From positions 10,602,001 through 10,666,000 of the forward strand of contig OZ176050.1 of assembly GCA_964247055.1 (NCBI GenBank): a stretch of 64,000 nucleotides of DNA, written 5' to 3'. The translations under genes and the position numbers were made by a program. The notes below the pieces were generated by a model. It did no database searches, was not told where the DNA came from, and saw nothing but the letters and a program-made list of their open reading frames with translations. Source of the stretch: Paragordius varius (taxonomy: Eukaryota > Animalia > Nematomorpha). Shown piece by piece: positions 12,765-23,800 of the stretch. Each line of letters starts with the position of its first letter. Positions within the stretch are counted from its first letter, which is position 1.

Positions 12765-15094
12765 ATGCGGCCCTAAGAGTGCTATAAAATTGCCCTATGA
12801 CCTATTGATACTAAAATTATTATTTTTTATTAATTAATTTTCAAAATCAAATAAACAATTTTCGCTTATTTTAATATTTTATTTTCTTTATATTTAATTT
12901 CGAAATTTTTTATTTCCAATTTGAATTGTAAAAAAATTTCCCTACATAAAAGATTTTTAAATTTTTAACACACGTTGTTTCTGTTTCTGTATTATATTTT
13001 CTATTAAATTTTTTATTGCATTCCTTTTTATTTAAGCAAGCCTTTCACCCAAACTCATATACATATTCCTTTTTTTGCTATCCTGCATATTTTTATAACT
13101 CATTCCCATAAAATATTTTTCAAATCATCATCAAATTTCAACCTTTTTTATAGCATAATTTAAATTATATTAATTTTTTTTGAAAATATAATTTACTTAT
13201 TTAAATATAAATTTAAAGGATGACATCTAATAATAAAAAAATTAACCGATGAAAATAGCTTCTTTAAAAAGAATAGGAAGAAAAATTCTTTGTCGTTTTA
13301 AATAAAAATATTGTTACCTGTATATGTAAGGACAACATAATTATAAAAAAATATAATTTTAAAAGACATTTTACAATCCATCATTCTCATAAATTACCAG
13401 AAATCATAAGGAAAGAAACGAATATAAAAAGATTAAGGTATTATACGAGAAAGAAAAATCTATTATGTCCATAGCAGTGGTACTCACCAAAAAAAATTCG
13501 ACAAGCCAAATAAAATAAATTATTTTTTCGAGGGCCATGAACCCTATAATGGCAAATATTCCATTATTTGACACCTATGCACATATTTATGTTCTGAATC
13601 AGCACAATGAATTTTTTGCGGATCTCATGTAACTTCAGCTAATAACTCGTTTTGCACCTCTTAGTAAAAAAAATTAAAATATTTTGATAACAACATTTAT
13701 TTTGATATTAACCATTAAATTTGGTATTGCCTCATGACAGGCCAATCTGTATACGTCGTCCATATGATCATCGGTTAAGCAATTTCTGTATGTATTCTTG
13801 GCATACCTAATTTTTAAATATGCTGTCTCACCGTGTAAGTTGAGGATAAAACAGTTAAGATAACTTGAGCACATTTTTATTTTCATATTTATTTGGCACA
13901 TCTTTCTAAAACTCTACATATCTTTCTTCTCTACGATTCTCCTTGTATATAGCCTCCAAATTGGAATCATTTTAAAATCTATGAATTCTTCAATGAGATG
14001 CGCCTGATCAAAACCGAAATGCTCAAATTGCTTAATGTTAAATATATATTTCAGGAAAAATTATGAAGCCGTTTATTGATTCCCAACTAATAAAAGAATG
14101 TCTAATAAATGGTTGCACTTTTTCATAAGGATATAGTTACACATCCGTGACAGAGAATTTAACCGCCGTAATTCGAAAACCTTCTGAAAGGTATCCAGAG
14201 TGAGTTTGATAATATTCTTTTGTACACCGCTGTGAGATGGCTAAGTCTTAGCAAAGTATTAAATAGATTTTTTGTTTTAACACATGAAATTCTATTAATT
14301 ATAAAAGATAACTGAAAGTATGACAAGCAAATTAATAGTGACAAATGGTGGGTTTTATTAGCCTACCTTTGCGACATTACATATAAACTTGCAAAATAAT
14401 AACCCAATTTGCTAATCAAACATTTGTTGAATAAAAATTAATAATACAAGATTTTATAAATAAAACTCCTATATTTTCCAACACTTATAACGATTCTTGA
14501 AGAAAATATGGAAAATCATTTAAATTTTTTATCTAATGAGATAAAATTCAGATTTCATCATAAAACTCGTTGAAAATCCATGGCATATGGATATATCCAA
14601 TTTTAACCAACTTGAGCATTCCGGTTTTGATCAGACGCATATCATTGAAGAATTCGTAGATTTTAAATGATTCCAATTTGGAGGCTATATTCATGGAGAA
14701 TCGTAGAGAAGAAAGATATGTAGAGTTTTGGCATGATGTGCTAAATAAATATGAAAATATAAAAAAATGTGCTCAAGTTATCCTCACTGTTTTCCCTCAA
14801 CTTACACGATGAGACAGCATATTCAATGAGGTATGTCAAAAATACATACAGAAATCGCTTAACCGATGATCATATGGACGACGTATTAAGATTGGCCTGT
14901 CATGAAACAATACCAAATTTGTCAAAAATTTATTGGTTAATATTAAAATAAATGTTATCAAAATATTTTATTTTTTTTAACTAAATAGTGCAAAACGAGT
15001 TATTAGCTGAAATAAAATCCGCAAAAAATTCGTTGTGCTGATTTAGAGTATAAATATGTGCATAAGTGTCAAATAATGGAATATTTGCCATTAT
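12765..15094 (+). mobile_element. Rearranged hAT (Buster/Charlie-type, family C) remnant
   Basis: 12765-13470 matches 59728-60360 and 14130-15094 matches the 3' half of the 59695-63605 copy. VRWLSLSKVLNRFF at 14232. A minus-strand 3' end beginning with TIR CAGTGGTACTCA (13475-14032) is an inverted copy of about 14608-15094. Confidence 0.7.
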
Positions 15095-16044
15095 GTAAAT
15101 CATATTACACTGATGATATACACTCTAAGTATATTAGTTTCATTAAAATACTGCCAGGTAGTATATAGAGCGAAAAGATGACTATTAATTAGAGGTAATT
15201 AAAAATAACTATAACCCAATAATACGGCTTTTTGATTTAACTGTTTGGCAAATTAACTAGTAATGTATATTAACTGTAAAAATGTCAAATTACTGATTTA
15301 TTCAATATAGCGATAAATATTTTAAGAATCGCGGAATAATTAGGTTATTTTGTGCTTTATACGATGTCGCAAATTATTAATTAGCATGAAAATGTCTTTT
15401 AACCAAATAGTCTTGATATGATAAAAAAATAAATACTATAATACATAGGCAGTTAACTAAAATTGGCATTGATAATAATAATGATATAAATGTTCCATCT
15501 TGATCAAAATATTGTTCTTTAGAAAATAATCTGAAAATAAATTAAATTAATACCTATAATTTTGAGAGGCAAAAAAATTTATAGTTTCCGAGAAATATAC
15601 AATAGACACTAAAACATTAGATCGTTTTCATACAAAGTGACAAAAATAAAGCAATTTGCGCCATTCGATTTTTTAAAAGAGTTATCGTTAAAAAGCATAT
15701 GACATGAAACAAAAGTAAAGATTGTATCCAAGGTTCTTTCCAATCAATCTAATTTTTAATTGATTAAACTAGTGATAAAAATTTCCACAAACCGGATAAT
15801 TGACTTAAATTTATTTTTTCCATGCTTTTTACTTGCATCATACTTTATAAAATAACCATATGCAATATTTCATATATAGCAGCCAGGTTTGCAATATATG
15901 CAAAACATTTTTTAAAACGATATTATGGAATCCTTGTACCAGAATTTAAGGATTGTAAAAAAATATATAATTCGGTCTTTTCCAAAAATATCAACCATGC
16001 AAAATTTTAGATTCTAAAAAGCTAAATTTAAAAATAAATTTTAA

Positions 16045-16620
16045 CACTTGGATACAACAGATTTATTTTAGTCCTTCGATTCAAATTGGGGTAGTTAAAT
16101 AAGGGCTGTTTAAAATTAAATTCTTTAAAAAATATGGAAGGAATCGAAACCATGGCAAAATTTTGGCACTTATATAACATTAATAAACCGAAATTCATAA
16201 AAAATTTTATTCAAAAAAACTTGATATTACTTATTTTGAGCTAAAACTGAAAGGTAAAAAGTTAGTCAACGTGACATGTGTCCAATTGTAAAATTTAAAA
16301 ATAATACAAAATAAACCGCTTTCTATTTCCTATCAATGTTAGATGTAATTTATATATAAAACAAGCTTTACTTTTACCCTTAAAAATAAATGAAGACGAT
16401 ATTTTGTAAAATTTTTGTATAATAAAAATGGCGTCGAAGTAGTTTGAGATGGAACTTTTTTTTCAAAACATAATTTATCAAGATATTTTGGCATATTTAT
16501 ATATTATTTATCAGGATAAAAGCATAAATTTTAATTGGGACCGTTTCCTTCAGTAGTTTTTTAAAAAAATAATTTAAATTTAGTCTGGGGTATTTAAATA
16601 TCCCAATTTGAATCGAAGTG
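16045..16620 (+). mobile_element. piggyBac-like MITE (family B), 576 bp
   Basis: TTAA|CACTTGGATAC...GAATCGAAGTG|TTAA (TTAA at 16041-16044 and 16621-16624). Asymmetric subterminal inverted repeat TTCGATTCAAATTGGG. Confidence 0.85.
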
Positions 16621-16624
16621 TTAA

Positions 16625-17850
16625 ATAAAAAACCAAAATATAAAAAATTTATTGATGTTTGAAAAAGTTGTTCAAAAGTAATAACAAATAATGAATGTTT
16701 ATTAACCATAAATAAATTACAAGAACAATTACCTAAACATTTAACACATGGATACAACACACTCATTTTAGTCCTTCGATTCAAATTGGGGTAGTTGGAT
16801 ACCCCAGGACTGTTTAAAATCAAATACATAAAAAGTATGGAAGCAATCGAAACCATGGCAAAATTTAGCACTTGTATAACATTAATAAACCGAGATATAT
16901 AAAAAAAATTTATTCAAAAATACTTGATATTACTTATTTTGAGCTAAAACTGAAAGGTAAAAATTTAGTCAACATGACATATTTCAAATTGTAAAATTAA
17001 AAAATAATACAAAATAAACCGCTTTTTCTATTTTTATCCATGTTAGATGTAATTTTTATATAAAATAAGCTTTAGTTTTACCCTTAAAATTAAATGAAGA
17101 CGATATTTTGCAAAATAAAAATGGCGTCGAAGTAGTTTGAGATGGAACTTTTTTCTCAAAACAAAATTTTATCAAAATATTTTGGCATATTTATATAATA
17201 TTAATCAGGATAGAAGCATAAATTTAAATTGGGACCGTTTCCTTCAGTAGTTTTTTTCAAATTTTAATTTAAATTTAGTCTGGGTTATTTAGATACCCCA
17301 ATTTGAATCGAAGTGTTAAGTATAAAACCACTATTTGTGAATTCTCTTTGATATAACCGCGAGAACGCAATACACCTGAGACAAAAGCGATAGAATTATA
17401 CTTAACTAGTCAATTGTGTTCCAAGAATGTTTTTATTGATATGGTTTCAGTTGAAAACTAAATAATATATGGGGTAGAGCTTTGAAGGGCAGATGTCCTA
17501 CTGTAGAGGGATAAAAGGTACGCTCTAAATTTATTATAAAAAAAAATACATAGAAACATATGATTGGTTGTAGGAGTAATTACTTACAAAACAAAATAAG
17601 GCACCTTTAAAGGTGGTGATTTAGAATCTTAACAGAATGCCTAACAAAAATTTGTAAAAATTCATTTATAGTCGGCTAATGAGCCAAAAAAACAGTGGTG
17701 TTGGGTTAACTAAGGAGCTAAATTTATGTACCTCCTTATTCGCCACAACTAATCCGATGAGTGTTTTTTTTATGAGAAAACATTAATTTAAAAAACCCAG
17801 GAAAAGAAACCCTTACAAAATACAATTATAATTTTATTTAGTTGAAATTG
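16625..17850 (-). pseudogene. Possible decayed mitochondrial nad4 NUMT, interrupted by MITE B
   Basis: Minus-strand fragments in nad4 order: AH..PT, LGILL (about 17650), LYPSTVGHL (compare IAYSSVGHM), RSRGYIK, then across the MITE WF..CLGNCSCNLF (compare WF..C..NM..PP..NL). Matches are weak and degenerate. Confidence 0.4.
16745..17315 (+). mobile_element. piggyBac-like MITE (family B), 571 bp
   Basis: TTAA at 16741-16744 and 17316-17319. Colinear and highly similar to 16045-16620. Confidence 0.85.
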
Positions 17851-18219
17851 TATCAGACAATAATAAATCTATTTATAATTTAGATTATATTTTGGTTCTT
17901 TGTATTACTTTTAAAATATATTTATAAATTTCTGATTTGTGTTATCTTTATATGGCAAAATAAAAACATTTTGTTTCTTTTAATTTGTGGTTAACAAAAC
18001 ATCGTCAGAAGAATGCGCATGTTAAATGGATGTTTACGTAAAACAATAAAAAAAAGACTAAAATTATAATTTAACAAAAGTTACACACGACTGTGAATTG
18101 TGACCAAGACCGTGTGATTATTATAAATTACATTATCGGCATATATTTGTTTTAATCTTTGACACCCCTTTACAACATATGGTATATTATAATAAGTATT
18201 CCCACCATCTTCCGTGAAT

Positions 18220-20377
18220 ATGGTATTAGTTTTAATTTTATATATAGGCTGATACAACTTGTACCATTAATACAAGAAAATTTATGACAAATCGTTTGTT
18301 ATCAAGAAAACAAATGGTAAAAATAATTTGGTTATAAATAGATTGTCGATATCATTCATCCAGGAAAACCAACAATGCCTAAAGTCGAAATACGGGAAAA
18401 ACTTGCTAAAATGTATAAATGTTCCCCTGAAGTCATTTTTGTTTTTGGTGTTCGTTCAAAATTTGGTGGTGGAAAATCATCGGGATTTGCATTAATCTAT
18501 GATAGTCTAGATTTAGCCAAAAAAATTGAACCAAAATACAGGCTACAACGGGTATATTTAATTAAACATTTTTAATTAATATATACTATGATTTTGAATA
18601 TTCTAGGCATCAATAACATTCATTTTAAAGGGCTTTACTTTAATATATATGAATACCATGAGCATTGGTAAAATCTATGATAGAAAGTTGATTTGGATTT
18701 CCTTAATTAAGTATTTTTTTAAAAAAATAGGAAATATATAAAAATTAAATTCCAAAATTTAAGCCAAACCATTAGTAGTTTATTAATTTATTCCTCTATG
18801 GACAAATGTTTATAAATAATTTGGATAAAAAATTATGAATAGGTAATTTTCATCGTTTTTTGTTTAGCATTATAATTGAAATGTTGAAAACTTTATTATT
18901 TATTTACTTATGTGGTTATTTTTTGTTACAGGTTATTTGGCGAATTTTTTTTGATGAGTTCAGTTAAAACTTGGGTGCAACACATTCATCTTAGTCCTTC
19001 GATTCAAATTAGGGTGGTTAAATACCCCAGGCTTGTTTAAAATTAAATATTTCGAAAATTATGCTAAATTGAAACCATGGCAAAAGCTTGCACTTATTGA
19101 TATTACTATTACAGAGTTAAACCTAAAGGTAAAAATTTGGCCAACATTACATGTGTACCAAAACTAAAATGCAAATTACACCATTTTTTCTGTTTATATC
19201 AATGTTAAATGTGATTTTTATAAAAAAGTAATCTTAATTCTAGGTTTAAAATCAAATATTATTTTAAAAAAAATTGTAAAAAAATGGCGTCCAAGTAGTT
19301 TACGGTTTTTTCCAAAACTAAAATATATTTACATATTTTGGCTTATTTATATAATTTTTGTTAGGATACAAGCATAAATTTAAATTGGAATCGTTTTCTT
19401 CAGTTTTTTTATAAATTACAACTTTAATTATGTCTGGGGTATTTAGATAACTCAATTTGAATCGTAGAGTTAAATATAAACAATGCATATATAATAAAGG
19501 TAGATAAAATGTACAATATACAATGGACTTGAAATCTATAATGTTAACTTTTCATAACCTTTTGGCAGAGTTATAATACCTGAAAGCGATTTGAAATTTA
19601 ATGTATTACAATATTGAAAATGATTGATTTTAAATTTGTTTATTGCAATTAAAATATATTATTTTTGTCAAATGGAATGTATATATGATTTTTTAATTTT
19701 TAAGCATTTTTCCTATATGAGATTTAATTACAAATCTTTTAAAAATGATAATTCAAATCTTTTGCGGTTCCTGGTAAATAAAATCCATTAATTGTTTAAT
19801 CGTTAAAAACTTTATTTATGGTTGCCAAAACACCTGATCGTAACAAGGTTTTATTTTTATAAATCGGTTAATTTGATTATAAAAATCTTTTTATTTTATG
19901 ATAAAATTTTAAATTAAGGGGTTCCAACACCCCTCCCCCCTTCTTAAAAATTGAATTACGAAAAATCTATATACGAAATATGCTATCTACAATATTTTAG
20001 TTAAATTGAAATTTTTTAACAAATTTTTTTAGTTTATTTATGAAATGATATAACCCATATATTTGTTGAATGTCGGTTATCGAGTCAAAATGCACCGCGC
20101 GAAGAAAATTGAGTTAAATACCCTGTAAAACTACTATTTTCATTAATGATTATATAAAGTTTGTTTGATATTTTTTTTATTTTACACAAGAGCCTGTTAT
20201 AAAGTTAATTAGTTAAAAATGATAATTTTATAATTTATCTTTTTATGTATACAGCAAGGTCTTTACGAAAAACCCAAATCCGGCCGTAAACAAAGGAAAG
20301 AAAGGAAAAACAGACAGAAAAAGGTTCGAGGTACAGCTAAAGCCAAGGTTGGTGCGGCTGCAGCTAAAAAGGCTTAA
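18220..20377 (+). CDS. RPS24: 40S ribosomal protein S24 (eS24), 134 aa; exons ATG 18220-18222 (alternative ATG 18179-18181), 18248-18316, 18342-18551, 20255-20377
   Basis: Spliced product [50 protein letters not shown]...[63 protein letters not shown]. All introns GT-AG and in phase. Confidence 0.95.
18968..19469 (+). mobile_element. piggyBac-like MITE (family B) in RPS24 intron 3
   Basis: TTAA at 18964-18967 and 19470-19473. Degenerate family B termini (AACTTGGGTGCAACAC..TTCGATTCAAATT; AATTTGAATCGTAGAG). Confidence 0.75.
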
Positions 20378-20867
20378 TTATTTTACTTTTTACAATGTTA
20401 TAATTATAATAAATATAAAATTGATTATACGATATATATATATATATAACCATATATTCCATTATCTAGATATTAATAGCAAAATGTTATTGGCTTAAAG
20501 TTGGTCCACATAAAAATATGTATGTTTTTTGTTTTTTCTTTTCACAAAACAGGTTAATTTTCTTTAGGCAAACGCTAACTAACATGATTTAATCAAAAAT
20601 TAGCAAATAATATTACTCATCTTGTAATATTGTCTGTATCGATTGTCGAAATTTTGCTAAGATAAATAAAAAAAATGCATTTAAAATTCACGAACGATTA
20701 TCAGGGTAATTTTTTCTAATAATCAATTAATCATTGTAAATTATTGTTCAATCGTCTAACTATATATCTGATAATCATAATTGTATCAGGAAGTGTATTT
20801 GGAATATTTAAGCATATTATTCACATGGATATCCATGTTTAAATTAGCATCTAACATTATAGGATAA

Positions 20868-23800
20868 TTAACATTTATTTAACAAATTTTTAGCCGATAT
20901 AAATTTTAGATTAGGGTTATTGCATTGGTTGTCTGAATTTTTGTAATAAGTATCAATAAAAAATAATATTTCTTCCACAGTACTTTTCGCCAAATTTTCG
21001 GCTGATTTTATTTCTTTGATTATTTTAGTTTTATACAAGTTATTTGATTTTACTGTTGCTATTTCTTTTTCGATGTTAGCGCTCATTATTTTGGATGCTT
21101 TTGGTTGACGTAATATATGTAACGCATTTCCGCAGCGAACATTTAACGGGTCCAACTTTTCAGCAACTTTTGACAATGATTTTTCAAGCGTCTTATGTAA
21201 TTTGTTTTGATAGAATGTTCGAATTTTATCATCTAAGGCATATGTATGAGGAGACTGTGAACCAAAAGATTTACGCTTTCTAAATTCTTCTTTAACAATG
21301 TCAGCCAGGCCCGAGTTTTCATTCTTAACGTCGGAAGAGTCGTTGTCATCATCATCAGCATACCTTTGGGATTTATATTCTTTATTTTCAGCACTAATAC
21401 CCCGTTTCCCGCCTCCATACAATTCTGCGATTTCAATATCTTTGCCGATTGAGCTTTTCTTTGCTATTTTACCACCAACCTCCTGATTCAAGCCATCCTT
21501 GTATGACTGGAAACTAAGAAACCGTTGGAGTGTTTTATCAGGATACATACAATAATCACACATGGTTTTACATGTATCAGGGGTATCACCAAAGAACTTT
21601 GAAATTTTAGCATGTCTACATCCCATACTTTCGCAATAATCAATCATGGCATCAAATGCGATTTTTCGCGTCATGATGACCTTATCAACTTGTTCTTTTG
21701 TGGTGTGAGCTGTATCTCCCTTAAACCGTGCCTTGTATTTATTGTTTTCCTGACGATTTAGAAACTCCAAGGTATTTCTATCTTTAAGCGAATAATATAA
21801 CGTACAATATGATGGTTTACCATCCCTCCCAGCCCGTCCTGATTCCTGGTAGTAATGCGTTAAAGTTTTAGGCATATTCCAATGTATAACGAATCTTACA
21901 TCAGGTTTATCGATACCCATCCCAAAACTAATGGTTGCCACGACTACAGATACCTAAGTGTATAAAAATATTATAGTAAAAATAGCAAAGCTAAAACTAC
22001 TGTTTAAGGCTTTTTTGCATTATTATATTAAACCACACTCGAATATCACAATGTAAATTTATAAAAATTGTTATTCAAAAAACGTTCACAGAATGGACAT
22101 CTACATATTGATAAAGCGACAATCAGATGTTTTGTACAATTAACTAATGTAAAAACCATGTATTTCAATAATATCCTCTTTAAACACATCAGCAAAAAAA
22201 TTTGATTACTCTAAAAAGCCAAGTGCGTCATGTTTCATCTCATCCAATTAAAAAGAGTGTTCTTTATGTCACTCTCACTAAAATCTACTTTTAATAAGCA
22301 CGCAAATCCATATAATTGAAAGTTGTACGAAATATTCAGACAGATTCTTTTTTAAAATAACCAAGTAAAATATCAATATATAACCATTAAAAACTGTTAA
22401 GTGACGAACAAGATTATATTTTACTATATAAATATATAGCGGCGCTAGCGGAGTATACAGAATTTTTTAGATTTATTAACACAATAGATAGGCTATCCAT
22501 TTTTTTAAAAGATGAAAAAACTTTAATTCGAGTACTAAAATACCACCTAATATTTATAAAAATTTAAAGACCGAAAAAAAATAAATTTGGATTTTCAAAT
22601 ATAGATTAATATTCCAGCACAAAATATTTTAAGAATATTTGATTAATCTATATAATTATAAAAATGGTGGCTTTGTGATCTGTTTTCGGAAAATCGGTGG
22701 ACCATTCAAGTCCAAATATCGAAAAAATATAATCATTAATGAATGCCCCGACAATAGCTTCGCCCATTTTGAATTAGGCCCCCAGTTCGGGCCCACCTCG
22801 TGTTAAAAACGGGTTTTTTTGAAAAATGCAAGTCCACAAAATTCGTGTCTTCGGAAAATCTGTTTGACCATTCGATTTTAAATATAATTTACTTATTTTC
22901 GATTGCGCCGAACATAGTCGGCTGGCTTTTTTAATTTAGGCCCTTTTTTTACCCGCTAACCCGTAAAATGCCATTTTTTCAAAAAAACCCAAGTCCACAA
23001 AAATAATTTTTTGAATCTATTTTTCGCCCAAAGTATGAGACCGTAAAAATTTAATGAGGGTTTCAGGTATTTCCTGTTAAAAGGCAAAAATTTTAGCCTT
23101 GCGTTTTTTTATATTGGCTGCTGGGTAAGGCGATATTCGCTTAAAACTGCCCCATCATAATAAAATAGCGTGCCTTTGGGGCTAATATTCAGAAAACCTA
23201 TCAAGTCATATAAGTTCAATAGGTGCATATAATATTGCCCGTAACAAGGCATAAATTTGGGTCGTGCGGTTTTTTAAAGTTAGTCGTTAATTAGGCCCTT
23301 CACGCCCTAAAAATGTGCCACCATTCGAAAAGCTAATGAGAGAATATGGAATCAATCATGATTCCAGGTATTTTCCGTAAAAAGTCGAAAATTGTAATCG
23401 AGCGCTCTTTTATCAGCCTTTGAGTAAAGAGATACCTGTCTAAAATTGCGCCATTATATCGAAATTGCGTTGTTTAGGAGTTAATTTTCAGCTATATTAG
23501 TTTTAAAGGTCCTGAAATATTACCGATAAAAAGGCAAAAATTTAAGTCGAGCGGTTTTATTAATTAGACGTTAATTAGGCCCTTTACGCCCTAAAAAATG
23601 CGTTATCATTTAACTATTATTTTGTTTGAAGCCATTCTTCCAAAAAGTATTAATGAATGATGATTCTAGGTATTCCCCTATAAAGGCAAAAAAAATTTCG
23701 AACGTCTATTTTATATTGGCCTCTGGATAGGGGCTACCCGCCAACAACTGGGCCACCATATCGATTTAGCGTGACTTTGGAGGCAAATTTTAGAAAACTT

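Noticed and set aside
13674-14951. Two similar ORFs (13674-13901 minus, 14769-14951 plus) resembling paralogous genes
   Set aside because: They are the inverted copies of the decayed hAT transposase 3' end.
16497-16871. 124-aa ORF with apparent CxxC motifs, and the similar ORF 58898-59083
   Set aside because: Both are read through the terminus of MITE B and its flank. The similarity comes from the repeat, not from a gene.
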